The notes under the pieces are model-generated. The model saw nothing but the letters and a program-made list of their open reading frames with translations. It was not told where the DNA came from and did not search any database. 45,023 nucleotides of DNA, taken from IMG/VR virus record IMGVR_UViG_3300012663_000955, positions 1 to 45,023 of that record. One strand, given 5' to 3'. Numbering within the stretch: position 1 is the first letter of the stretch; the number at the start of each line of letters is the position of its first letter. The position numbers were made by a program, and so were the translations under genes. Positions 1 to 9,629 of this stretch are shown here, piece by piece. This stretch comes from a virus. Its lineage: Duplodnaviria > Caudoviricetes.

Positions 1-105
1 GGTATAGGGAGGGTGGGTGGGTAATAATATATACTAATTCAATGAATATAGTTAAATTTAAACGCGGGAAAAATTGAAACAAGCGTTTGAAAGATTGAAA
101 ATCGA

Positions 106-351
106 TCAATTCTTTTTGATTTTCCTGCGCTTGCGCTTGCGCTTTCCAATTTTCAATCTACCTTTTCTGGTCGTGACACCCAACCCATATGGATTTCTAG
201 CGTCCCCCGGTGCAAACCAATCAGCGTTCTCGATTCCCGCATGCCCAGCAATATCCCCGCCATAAACACCACCAGCGGTCATATCCTCATTCAGTATCTG
301 CTGATAGATATTGGCGATATTTTCTTGATCTTTTCCACTTGACATTTGCAT
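106..351 (-). CDS. Small late protein with very basic C-terminal tail; candidate head-internal DNA-binding protein
   Basis: Start refined to ATG 351 (TAAATA at 357-362, 5 nt upstream); N-term ...NIANIYQQILNE; C-term RKGRLKIGKRKRKRRKIKKN. Confidence 0.55.
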   Translation of the reverse strand: MQMSSGKDQENIANIYQQILNEDMTAGGVYGGDIAGHAGIENADWFAPGDARNPYGLGVTTRKGRLKIGKRKRKRRKIKKN

Positions 352-366
352 ATTACTATTTATCAT
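339..366 (+). promoter_or_regulatory. Sigma70-like promoter overlapping a divergent late promoter
   Basis: TTGACA(339-344)-N16-TATCAT(361-366), ATG at 371/374; TAAATA on - strand at 357-362. Confidence 0.6.
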
Positions 367-370
367 ACTT

Positions 371-727
371 ATGATGATAAAGATAGTAAATAAAAAAACC
401 CACAAACCCACTCCTGACGATATTTACATTGGGCGTGGTTCCATTATGGGCAATCCGTATCATTCCAAGGAATCCAATCATCCTCAAGCCTTGTATAAGG
501 TCGAAACAGACGATGAAGCGATTGATGGTTATCGGACATACTTCGAAGATCGTTATAAAAATGATGATTTATTCAGAAATACTATCCTCGAATTGGTCAA
601 CCGAGAATTGGATGATAAAAATACGAATTTCGTGTGTTACTGTGCCCCTAATAAATGTCATGGTGACGTTATTAAGGAATTTATAGACGAAATCACTATT
701 CAAATTAGATGGCCCTCTTTCATGTAA
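371..727 (+). CDS. DUF4326 family protein
   Basis: IYIGRGSIMGNPY and CYCAPNKCHGDVI motifs. Confidence 0.85.
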   Translation: MMIKIVNKKTHKPTPDDIYIGRGSIMGNPYHSKESNHPQALYKVETDDEAIDGYRTYFEDRYKNDDLFRNTILELVNRELDDKNTNFVCYCAPNKCHGDVIKEFIDEITIQIRWPSFM

Positions 728-731
728 AATT

Positions 732-1130
732 ATGAGCTACGAAACAATCAAAAAATATCAACAACAATACGAGGAATTCTGTAAAATCGATGACTTTACA
801 CTCGAAGACAGAACCAAGCGTGTTCCAGCTGAGAAGCATTTCTGGGTATGTCGTTTGATCGATGCTAAAATTGAGAAGGACAAACTTTACAGAGCCAAAG
901 CTTCAACAAAAAGTATGCTCCAGAAGAAAATTATGGAGGAATCTCCGGTGGTTCTCAATAAACAGGTTTTAGATGATTTGGATAAAACCCCATCATTGGA
1001 GAACATCAATCAAAAAATTAAAGAACAAGAATATTTGATTGAATATCTCGAAAAATTGGTAAGTCAGATTACATTTATTGGCAACGATATTAAAAATATT
1101 TTGGAATTGCGTAAACTACAAGAATTATAA
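732..1130 (+). CDS. uvsY: UvsY-like recombination mediator
   Basis: 132-aa helical protein directly upstream of UvsW; C-term YLEKLVSQITFIGNDIKNILELRKL resembles the UvsY end. Confidence 0.65.
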   Translation: MSYETIKKYQQQYEEFCKIDDFTLEDRTKRVPAEKHFWVCRLIDAKIEKDKLYRAKASTKSMLQKKIMEESPVVLNKQVLDDLDKTPSLENINQKIKEQEYLIEYLEKLVSQITFIGNDIKNILELRKLQEL

Positions 1131-2543
1131 ATGATAACATTCGATTATAAACCAACTAAGAGACAGGGACAGATTCTCACTGATTCTGATACTCTCGGAA
1201 TGATTCGCAACCATTTTTCTGTGAAGAATGATGCCGCCACCTTTGCCAAAAAGAAGGGTAAGCGATTTATTAAAGATCGTAAGTATGCAATCACCCCCAC
1301 TGGTTTATTTGATTTTGGTTTCTATGGTGAGATTCTGAAATATCTGAGAGATAACCAAATCACCGATGTCACATTTACAGATGAATTCAGGGATAGGTTG
1401 AGATGCGGTATCGGTAAATTCGAATTCACTGACAATCTCAAATATGATGCTCGTTATTATCAAAAAGAATCGATTATTGCTGGTCTGGAAAAGGGATACG
1501 GTATTTTCCTTTTGGCTACAGGTGCTGGTAAATCATTGGCACAGGCACTTCTAATTGAAAATTACTTGCAAAAAGTATCAAATGATACTTTCAAATGTCT
1601 CATCGTAGTTCCCGGATTATCACTGGTGAAGCAATTACAGAATGATTTCTTGGAGTATCAAGTCACATTCACGTATTCAGGATGGTCAGGTGAAAGTCCT
1701 CTACAGGACACTCAAGTCGTGATCTGCAATACCCAAAATTTGGGTGCCAAATTCCTTGATAATTCTTGGATATTTGATGTGGATCTATTGATAGTCGATG
1801 AGTGTCATGGTGTGAATAGCGATGCAAATTTATCAAAAATTATAAATAAAGTTAAGACACCCAATAAATTTGGTTTCACTGGGACATTATCGGATAAATT
1901 ATTAGACCAATGGAAAACAATTGGTTCTTTTGGTCCGATAATTTATGAGAAGAAATCCAAAGAATTGAGAGATGAGAATTTCTTGACAGATGTATCTATC
2001 AATGTTTTGAGGTTGAAACATCCCCCAACACGTAAATTGAACTACAAGGAAGAACTGGATTACTTATACAACAATGAAAAACGCAATAATTTTATTTCTA
2101 AATTGGCTAACAAAATTAATGGTAACGTGCTCATCATGGTTAATCATTTGGATCATGGCGACTCTTTATTATCTGCTCTGTCTAATAGAATGGACAGATC
2201 TGTATATTTTGTCAAAGGTGAAATGGATGTTGAAGAAAGACAAAAAATAATTGACATGATGGAAAAGAATGATAATGTCATTTGTATCGCGATGTCGTCT
2301 ATCTTTTCCACTGGTATCAATATTAAAAATCTCCCAAATATCATGTTTGTTGGTTTGGGTAAAAGCTTTATCCGTGTTGTTCAATCAATTGGTAGAGGAC
2401 TTCGACTGCATGAGAACAAAGAAAAATTGAGAATATTCGATGTCATCGATAACACCAAATATTCATCATCTCATGCTCTATACAGACAAGAAATTTACGA
2501 TCAGGAATCCATCCAGTGGACAGAAAGAACTATTGACATATGA
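1131..2543 (+). CDS. uvsW: UvsW-like SF2 DNA helicase
   Basis: ATGAGKS Walker A, DECH, GFTGT, STGINI, QSIGRGLR. Confidence 0.9.
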   Translation: MITFDYKPTKRQGQILTDSDTLGMIRNHFSVKNDAATFAKKKGKRFIKDRKYAITPTGLFDFGFYGEILKYLRDNQITDVTFTDEFRDRLRCGIGKFEFTDNLKYDARYYQKESIIAGLEKGYGIFLLATGAGKSLAQALLIENYLQKVSNDTFKCLIVVPGLSLVKQLQNDFLEYQVTFTYSGWSGESPLQDTQVVICNTQNLGAKFLDNSWIFDVDLLIVDECHGVNSDANLSKIINKVKTPNKFGFTGTLSDKLLDQWKTIGSFGPIIYEKKSKELRDENFLTDVSINVLRLKHPPTRKLNYKEELDYLYNNEKRNNFISKLANKINGNVLIMVNHLDHGDSLLSALSNRMDRSVYFVKGEMDVEERQKIIDMMEKNDNVICIAMSSIFSTGINIKNLPNIMFVGLGKSFIRVVQSIGRGLRLHENKEKLRIFDVIDNTKYSSSHALYRQEIYDQESIQWTERTIDI

Positions 2544-2980
2544 GTAACAAAAATGAATATTACGTGAATTCTAAAGAGTTCCGAGAGCAATTATCAGAAT
2601 ATTACAAATCCGATAATATGAATAATAAATTGGCAACAAATATCCTTAAAATTGCCGAAGGGTTATCATACAACCATCGTTTTATTCGATACTCTAGGAG
2701 TTGGAAGGAAGAAATGGTGGGCGATGCAGTCGTTAAGATGTATCATGCTTTGGAAAAGAAACTCTACAACATAGAATCCGAATTCAACCCTTTTTCATAT
2801 TTCAATCGTATTGCATGGAATGCCTTTACGAATCGTATCAATAAAGAAAAGGGTCAACATGAGGGCTTGAATGAATACAAAGACATGGTATACATGGAGA
2901 ATATGTCTGGTCCTGATGCGATGGGACATGTGTATGTCAAGCCAATAATGGAAGGAGACGAATACGACGATAATGATTAA
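2540..2980 (+). CDS. gp55: T4 gp55-like late sigma factor
   Basis: YYVNSKEF...KIAEGLS...EEMVGDA...NPFSYFNRIAWNAF; upstream of gp47/gp46 as in T4. Confidence 0.85.
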   Translation: MSNKNEYYVNSKEFREQLSEYYKSDNMNNKLATNILKIAEGLSYNHRFIRYSRSWKEEMVGDAVVKMYHALEKKLYNIESEFNPFSYFNRIAWNAFTNRINKEKGQHEGLNEYKDMVYMENMSGPDAMGHVYVKPIMEGDEYDDND

Positions 2981-3992
2981 GAAACCAAAAGCAGCAATAT
3001 TTTCCGACCTCCACTTGGGTCTTTATGGAAATTCAACAGAATGGCATGAAATCGCTCTCAAGTGGGCAGACTGGATTATTTCCGATCTGAAGAAAAAGAA
3101 AATCTCTGATATATTTTTCCTTGGTGATTTCTTCCACAATCGTTCGGAGATTTCTGTTCAAACAATTCACGTTGCCTCTGAACTGATTGCCAAGTTCAAG
3201 AACTTTAATATGTTCATGGTGATTGGTAATCACGATGCGTATTATAAAAATCGTGCAGATGTTCATAGCTTGGGATTCCTCAAAGGACACGACAATATCA
3301 CTATTATTGATCAGAATTTGGAATTCGAAGCATTTGGTAAGAAATTGCTTTTTGTTCCTTGGAATCACGATTTACCAGAAGGTAAATTCGACCACATTTT
3401 TGGACATTTTGAAATTCAAACATTCCAAATGAACAATTACAAGGTTTGTGATCACGGATTCCAAGTCATGGATTTCCTCGCATCACGAACTACTAATGTG
3501 TGGTCAGGACATTTCCATACCAAGAGCATCAAAAAATACAATGAAGGGACAATCCGTTACATCGGTAACACCTTCCATCATGATTTCAATGATTGTGGCG
3601 ATGCCAAAGGCTATCACATTCTGAATTTGGAAGACGATTCAGTGGAATTTGTCAGGAACACTGTTTCCCCAGAATTCATTAAAATTCCTCTGACCAAAAT
3701 CAAGGATTACTCCAAAGAGGATGTCGAAGGAAACATCATCAAGCTGATAATTGACAAAGATATCGACGATGATAAGGTCGAAAAGTTCAAGATTTATCTG
3801 AGCAATTTCGCACCTTTCCGTTTGACCACCGAATATAATGTGGTGACAAAGACAATCGGAGATGTTGAACAAGTCGATTCAATCGATATTGTTGGCATGT
3901 TTGATGAGTTCTACGAACAATTGAACTTGGAAGCAGGCCAATTTGAAAGAGTGAAGAAAATCAACGATGATTTGTATGAAAAATGTAAGTGA
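2973..3992 (+). CDS. gp47: gp47 / Mre11-SbcD-like nuclease subunit
   Basis: SDLHLG, LGDFFH, GNHD, GHFE, SGHFH metallophosphoesterase motifs. Confidence 0.9.
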   Translation: MIKKPKAAIFSDLHLGLYGNSTEWHEIALKWADWIISDLKKKKISDIFFLGDFFHNRSEISVQTIHVASELIAKFKNFNMFMVIGNHDAYYKNRADVHSLGFLKGHDNITIIDQNLEFEAFGKKLLFVPWNHDLPEGKFDHIFGHFEIQTFQMNNYKVCDHGFQVMDFLASRTTNVWSGHFHTKSIKKYNEGTIRYIGNTFHHDFNDCGDAKGYHILNLEDDSVEFVRNTVSPEFIKIPLTKIKDYSKEDVEGNIIKLIIDKDIDDDKVEKFKIYLSNFAPFRLTTEYNVVTKTIGDVEQVDSIDIVGMFDEFYEQLNLEAGQFERVKKINDDLYEKCK

Positions 3993-3998
3993 ATAACA

Positions 3999-4916
3999 AT
4001 GAAGAAAATTTTATATAGAACCTTGCGAGGACAAAATTTCCTGAGTATCGGCAATGACCAGATTGTGATTGATTTTCAATCTGGTTTTAACCTAATTACT
4101 GGAAAGAATTTGGACAACCCTGATCGCGTGAACGGGATTGGTAAATCCTGTATTGCTGAACTCTTTTACTATGCATTGTTCGGTAAAACCATTCGTGATA
4201 TTAAAAAGGAATTCATCATCAACAATATCACTAAAGGAAAGGGTGCCATTGAGCTTACGTTCGACGTAGAGACTGAGACAGGTGCCCAGTCATACACAAT
4301 CAAGCGACAAATCAAGCCAAGCTCTGTGATGCTCCTGAGAGGCGAAGAAGACATCACCAAGGATTCCATCGCCAATACCGATAAATTCATCTGTGACTTG
4401 ATTGGATCTAATCCCGTGATCTGTCGTAGCTGTGATATTTTATCGCTTTCCGATAATGTCCCGTTCATGGCCAAGAAGCCCGAAGAAAAGCGCAAATTCA
4501 TCAATGATATTTTCTCTTTGGAAGTATTTGGTAAGATGAGTAACGAATTGAAGAATCTCATTCGTGAAAATAAATCGGAAATGAATATTTCCAGTGCCAA
4601 ATTGGAAGAAATTAATAATACTTTGGAGACTTTGAATCGCCAGCAAGAGGATTATTTAAAGAAAGTTCAAGAGAGAGAAGCAATGCTTGAACAGAAGCGC
4701 AAGGAAATCCAAGCGAGAATCGATGAAACGGAAGAAAAGATTGCTGATATATCTATAACGGATGTTTCTTCAATCCAAAAGGAGAGAGAGAAGTGGGAAG
4801 AAGCTTGGAACAAGCTGGATGGGAGAATCGGGCATATTAGTAGTCAACTTTCATCGAAGGAAACTCTTCGAAAATTGAAAGCGAAGGAAATTGATCAGAT
4901 CAACAAAGCAATATGA
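3999..4916 (+). CDS. gp46: gp46 / Rad50-SbcC-like ATPase, N-terminal half (Walker A plus ascending coiled coil)
   Basis: NFLSIGN, NGIGKS Walker A, long coiled coil; stops just before the hook. Confidence 0.9.
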   Translation: MKKILYRTLRGQNFLSIGNDQIVIDFQSGFNLITGKNLDNPDRVNGIGKSCIAELFYYALFGKTIRDIKKEFIINNITKGKGAIELTFDVETETGAQSYTIKRQIKPSSVMLLRGEEDITKDSIANTDKFICDLIGSNPVICRSCDILSLSDNVPFMAKKPEEKRKFINDIFSLEVFGKMSNELKNLIRENKSEMNISSAKLEEINNTLETLNRQQEDYLKKVQEREAMLEQKRKEIQARIDETEEKIADISITDVSSIQKEREKWEEAWNKLDGRIGHISSQLSSKETLRKLKAKEIDQINKAI

Positions 4917-4924
4917 TTCAATAT

Positions 4925-4952
4925 TTGACATCTGCGATGGCTGTGATAATTT
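4925..4952 (+). promoter_or_regulatory. Sigma70-like promoter within the gp46 gap
   Basis: TTGACA(4925-4930)-N16-TAATTT(4947-4952), 6 nt before ATG 4959; same geometry as other promoters here. Confidence 0.6.
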
Positions 4953-4958
4953 AATACT

Positions 4959-5831
4959 ATGATCAAATGTGATAAATGCCTTCAAGAAATTCCTCATACT
5001 CATGTGGAACATCTCGAAAAGATTAAGGAAGAATATCAATCTGAATTAGTTGATATTCTCGAAGATTTTGAAAAATTGACAGCAGAGAAATTAGACCTTC
5101 TGAAAAAGAAGAGCAAAGTCCAAGCTAAGGTGTCTGAATTTCAGGATCAAATCAACGAAGCCAAAGTTACTAAACAGAAATTGGAAGGTTTGGAGAACAG
5201 TCTCAGACAATACAAGGATTCTTTGGACAATTTAAAATTGGAGGAATTACCCAAACCAGCATTTGAAGAGAATATCTCCAAGACTCAAGAACGTAAGAAT
5301 AAGGAATCAGAAAATTTCGAATTGATCAAACAGAAATCAGACGATTATGAAATCTGTAAATTTGTTCTTGGGGAAGAAGGTGTCCGTAGCTTCGTTGTGA
5401 AGAGACTTCTTTCGATGATGAACGCCAGTATTCAGCAATACATCAACGATCTTGGCATGACCATTCGTTGTAAATTTGATGAATATTTCGACGAACAATT
5501 ATCAAATGATAAGGGCAAGGAGATTTCTTATTGGAACTTGAGCGGTGGAGAGCGCAGAACTGTCGATCTAGCCTGTTCATGGGCGTTCAAGGACTTGAAA
5601 AGAAAGATTTCAGGTATCTCGTCGAATGTTGAATGGATAGATGAGGTGTTCGATTCAGCATTCGATGAGCGTGGTTTCGATCTTTTGGTCGAACTTATGA
5701 AACAGAGAATTGATAAAAATGCTTTATCTGTTTATGCTATCTCCCATCGAAAAGAAATGGAAAAGCATGTTACGGGTGAGATCGTGTTTCTTGAAAAAGA
5801 AATGGGTGTTACCAGAAGAATATCCAATTGA
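4959..5831 (+). CDS. gp46: gp46 / Rad50-SbcC-like ATPase, C-terminal half (CxxC hook, descending coil, ABC signature, Walker B)
   Basis: Begins MIKCDKC; LSGGE signature, IDEVFD Walker B/D-loop, ISH H-loop. Confidence 0.9.
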   Translation: MIKCDKCLQEIPHTHVEHLEKIKEEYQSELVDILEDFEKLTAEKLDLLKKKSKVQAKVSEFQDQINEAKVTKQKLEGLENSLRQYKDSLDNLKLEELPKPAFEENISKTQERKNKESENFELIKQKSDDYEICKFVLGEEGVRSFVVKRLLSMMNASIQQYINDLGMTIRCKFDEYFDEQLSNDKGKEISYWNLSGGERRTVDLACSWAFKDLKRKISGISSNVEWIDEVFDSAFDERGFDLLVELMKQRIDKNALSVYAISHRKEMEKHVTGEIVFLEKEMGVTRRISN

Positions 5832-5862
5832 CAAATAATAGCGAATGGCTAATTACTGTATT

Positions 5863-7050
5863 ATGTATAGTAATCGGCCATTCGCCTCTCCTTTTCCTAC
5901 AAATCCTTTTCAGCTTCAAAATAAGCCAAAACAAGAAGCTCAAAAAGGTAACGTTTATTTAAATTTCGTGGCTGATCGTCAAGGATGCGGTCAATGGCGT
6001 ATTGGCTGGCCCGAATTTCATATCAATATGAATAATCTTGGGGAATCGACATCGATGACTAAGATGATATTCGACAAGAATTGGTTTTCCGATGTTAAGA
6101 CTGTTAAATTACAACGACAAGCATCGACCGCACAGAAACAATACTTCGAATTCCTAAAGAGTATTCAATCTGAAATGGGATTTAAAATCATCTATGAAGT
6201 TGATGATGTGGTATTTCACGAGGAAATCCCCGATTATAATAGCGGCAAGCCCGCATTCAATAGTGACGAAATTCGTCAAAATTGTGTGGACATGATGCGA
6301 ATGGCTGATGAAGTGACTGTAACATGCAAATTTATGCGTGATTTGTTTGTCGAAAAGATTGGCAAACAAAATGTTTCAGTGGTGCCAAATTTCCCGCCCG
6401 AATGGTGGATCGGTCATTACTACGATGCTTTCCAAATCAATAAAAATTATGATAAAAATCGTAAGAGACCTAGAATTTTGTATTCCGGGTCGGGAGCGCA
6501 TTTCGATGTTCGAAATGGCCAACAAGATGATTTCTCCCATGTTTTGAAATTTATTATTGATAATAGATACAAGTATCAATTTATCTTCATTGGTGCATAC
6601 CCTCCTCAATTGCATCCATACATTCAAAATAGAGAAATCGAATTCCACCCTTGGCAGACATTAACGAATTATCCGAAATTCATCTCCGAATTGAATGTCC
6701 AGCTTACGCTTGCACCTTTGATGGAAAACAATTTCAACAAATCTAAATCGGATATCAAATATATCGAAGGCGCAGTATTGGGCATCCCATGCATGTGTCA
6801 AGATTTGGTGACTTATGAAGATGTCCCCGATTTCATGAAATTTAATAATTCTGAAGATTTGGCATACAAAGTCGAATACATTTTGAACTATAAAAATCGT
6901 GACAAGTATCACAATTTATCCAAAAAATTGAGAAAAATCGGAGAAAGTAGATTCCTAGAAAGACCTGAGAATATCGGAGCCTTCCTCGAATCCATCAACA
7001 CTCCATTCGGTGACCCGTCTCGTAGATTCATGAAATACTGGAACGAATGA
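5863..7050 (+). CDS. GT-B fold (GT4-like) glycosyltransferase
   Basis: GCGQWRI, YEVDD, ADEVTVT, LAPLMENNFNKSKSDIKYIE; start refined from TTGACA at 5828. Confidence 0.75.
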   Translation: MYSNRPFASPFPTNPFQLQNKPKQEAQKGNVYLNFVADRQGCGQWRIGWPEFHINMNNLGESTSMTKMIFDKNWFSDVKTVKLQRQASTAQKQYFEFLKSIQSEMGFKIIYEVDDVVFHEEIPDYNSGKPAFNSDEIRQNCVDMMRMADEVTVTCKFMRDLFVEKIGKQNVSVVPNFPPEWWIGHYYDAFQINKNYDKNRKRPRILYSGSGAHFDVRNGQQDDFSHVLKFIIDNRYKYQFIFIGAYPPQLHPYIQNREIEFHPWQTLTNYPKFISELNVQLTLAPLMENNFNKSKSDIKYIEGAVLGIPCMCQDLVTYEDVPDFMKFNNSEDLAYKVEYILNYKNRDKYHNLSKKLRKIGESRFLERPENIGAFLESINTPFGDPSRRFMKYWNE

Positions 7051-7051
7051 T

Positions 7052-7079
7052 TTGACAAAATTGTCAGTCGTGGTATGAA
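7052..7079 (+). promoter_or_regulatory. Sigma70-like promoter of DNA polymerase, with an inverted repeat over -35
   Basis: TTGACA-N16-TATGAA, 6 nt before ATG 7086; TGACAA-AA-TTGTCA at 7053-7066. Confidence 0.55.
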
Positions 7080-7085
7080 TGTTTC

Positions 7086-9611
7086 ATGTATAGAAATGCG
7101 ATATATTCAAACAAGGATCGAAAAATTTTTCTCTGGACATGGAACGAGAACGGAGAACGTGTCAAGGAGGAGCACGACTTCAAACCTTACATTCTCTTAG
7201 AGGAAAAGACTGGTAAAGAGAAATCCATTTATGGAACTTCTTTGAAGAAGCGCGAATTTGCGTCTTCCTATGATAGAAATAATTTCGTCAAGGATAGTAA
7301 TATCAAACGCATTTACGAAAATCTTCCTGCCTATCAACAATTCCTGATCGATAATTACTGGTCAATTTGCGAGGACGATAACTTCTCTCAATATCCTTTG
7401 AAGGTGGCTTATCTCGACATCGAATGTCCGAAGAGTGATGGTTTCCCCGAACCAGAAACAGCAGAAGCTGTGATAAATTTGATCACTGTATTCGACTCAT
7501 TCTCCAGAATGTATCATGTCTTTGGTTTGAAGAATTACCACGCAACGAGGGATGATGTCAAATATTATTGGTGTAAATCGGAGGAGGATTTGCTCAAATC
7601 ATTCATCAAATATTTCAGGAAAGAGGAATTTGATGTGATCAGTGGTTGGAACATAGCAGGATTCGATATCCCGTATCTCGTCAATCGAATCACATTCGAA
7701 TTGGGGGAAGAATGGGCCAAGAAATTGTCGCCGATTGAAAGGATTTACGAGAAGACGAATCCAAATGGTAAATTTGGTATGCCCACCAAGGAGTATGTGA
7801 TCGAAGGTATTTCCATTCTGGATTATTATGTGATGTATATGAAATTCAGCTTGGAGAAACAAGAGTCCTATAAGTTGGATAATATCGGTGAAGTTGAATT
7901 GGGTATCAATAAAATCCAACACGAAGGTAACCTTTGGGAATTGGCTAGAAATGATTGGTATACATACACCGATTACAACATCCGAGATGTGGAAATTTGC
8001 GTCAAATTGGATGAGAAGAAAGGTTATATCAATCTCCTCCGCTTCCTCGCTTACACAGGATTGTGTGACTTGGAAAGTGCGATCAAAACAGTTCCGCCTA
8101 TGAACGGAGCCATCGCTATTCGCGCCCGCATGCGCGGGGAGTATATCCCCACATTCATTCGCCCCGTGACAGACTACAGGGCACCCGGTGGTTATGTCGC
8201 CGAACCAAGAGTAGGATTCGCTGAGAATATCGTATCATTTGATGCCAACTCTCTGTATCCATCAGTGATGATTTCTCTGAATCTTTCCCCTGAGACGAAA
8301 ATCGGAAGAGTTGAGAAGGATGGAGATAAAATCAAGATCCATCATGTATCAGGAAGAATTTTTGAGATGACCAAAGAGAACTTCAAGAAGTTCATGGATG
8401 AAGAAAAGGCAGCTTTAACCAAAGCAGGATTCCTATTCTCTCAAAAGAAGCGCGGACTCGTTCCCGAGTTCTTGGATAATTTGTATTCCAAGAGAAAGGA
8501 AATGAAGAATAAGATGTTGGAAGCTCGTAAGAAAGGTGAGAAGGAAGGAGAACAGAAATTCGATAGCATCCAGTATGCTTACAAAATTCACCTTAATTCT
8601 CTTTATGGATACATGCTTAATAAATATGCTCCTCTTGGCGATGAGGACATCGGAACATCGGTTACCCTGACAGGACAATCAGTCATCAAAAAGAGTAACG
8701 AATTGTTCACGGATTACTTATTACAGTATTTCGACAACAAAGAAGAAATCGAAAAATCTTTGATCTATAATGATACTGATAGCTTCTATACTTCTTTGAA
8801 GATATTCGAAAAGATCGGATATCACTTGAAAGATGGTGATAAAGTTTCTGAAAAATTCTATAGTTTGTGTCAAGATATTGAAGATTTTGTAAATAACGGA
8901 ATCACCGAATGGGCCAAAAAGAACTTGAAAAGTGTCGATCCACGATTCGTCTTCAAGAGAGAAAGTATTTGTGATAAAGGTATTTTTATTGGTAAAAAAT
9001 ACTATGCTCTCCATAAATTGGACGAAGAAGGAGTCGTCATGGATAAATTCAAATACATTGGCGTTGATGTCGTAAAGACAACGATGCCTAAAAAGGTGAA
9101 ACCCTATGTGAAAAAAGTCATCGAACATATGATCATGACTCAATCCTTTAAAGAGACGAACGATCTGTTCAATGAAGCATATGAAGAATTCAAAAAATTA
9201 CCCATTACAGATATTGCAAAAATCTCTGGTATGAACAATTATGATCAATATTCGTCGAGATGTAATGGTATGAATACTGTGAAGGGGATGCCGAGTCATT
9301 TGAAAGCTGCATATTTTCATGATTTGATCGTTGATCAAAATGGTTGGTCTTCCAAATATGATAAATTCAAGACTGGCGATAAAGTTCGTATGGTCTATGT
9401 CAAGAAACCCAACAAATACAATCTGGAGATGATCGGATTCAAAGGAGAATGGACAAAAGATTTCGATGATATTTTCACCGTTGACTACGAGAAGATGTTC
9501 GGTAAAGTATTCTATGCTGCAATCGAGAGATTCTACGAAGCAGTTGGTTGGAAATTGAGAAAACCATCGGAGAATCTTACAGTAGAATTGACCGACTTAT
9601 TCGGAGAGTAA
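7086..9611 (+). CDS. gp43: Family B DNA polymerase (gp43-like)
   Basis: Exo DIE, GWNIAGFDIPY, YNIRD; Pol SFDANSLYPS, KIHLNSLYG, YNDTDS, KKYY. Confidence 0.95.
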   Translation: MYRNAIYSNKDRKIFLWTWNENGERVKEEHDFKPYILLEEKTGKEKSIYGTSLKKREFASSYDRNNFVKDSNIKRIYENLPAYQQFLIDNYWSICEDDNFSQYPLKVAYLDIECPKSDGFPEPETAEAVINLITVFDSFSRMYHVFGLKNYHATRDDVKYYWCKSEEDLLKSFIKYFRKEEFDVISGWNIAGFDIPYLVNRITFELGEEWAKKLSPIERIYEKTNPNGKFGMPTKEYVIEGISILDYYVMYMKFSLEKQESYKLDNIGEVELGINKIQHEGNLWELARNDWYTYTDYNIRDVEICVKLDEKKGYINLLRFLAYTGLCDLESAIKTVPPMNGAIAIRARMRGEYIPTFIRPVTDYRAPGGYVAEPRVGFAENIVSFDANSLYPSVMISLNLSPETKIGRVEKDGDKIKIHHVSGRIFEMTKENFKKFMDEEKAALTKAGFLFSQKKRGLVPEFLDNLYSKRKEMKNKMLEARKKGEKEGEQKFDSIQYAYKIHLNSLYGYMLNKYAPLGDEDIGTSVTLTGQSVIKKSNELFTDYLLQYFDNKEEIEKSLIYNDTDSFYTSLKIFEKIGYHLKDGDKVSEKFYSLCQDIEDFVNNGITEWAKKNLKSVDPRFVFKRESICDKGIFIGKKYYALHKLDEEGVVMDKFKYIGVDVVKTTMPKKVKPYVKKVIEHMIMTQSFKETNDLFNEAYEEFKKLPITDIAKISGMNNYDQYSSRCNGMNTVKGMPSHLKAAYFHDLIVDQNGWSSKYDKFKTGDKVRMVYVKKPNKYNLEMIGFKGEWTKDFDDIFTVDYEKMFGKVFYAAIERFYEAVGWKLRKPSENLTVELTDLFGE

Positions 9612-9629
9612 GATTTATTAAGTAATAAT

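Noticed and set aside
4914-4958. Stop-codon reassignment or T4 gene 60-style ribosomal hop across the gp46 gap
   Set aside because: The gap has both TGA and TAA in frame, TGA ends many ordinary genes here, and no in-frame matching ATA landing codon or take-off hairpin is evident. A hop is not strictly excluded.
8700-9070. Apparently more AT-rich patch around the polymerase DTDS motif (possible mosaic)
   Set aside because: Visual impression only; needs a sliding-window GC3 analysis and homologue alignment.
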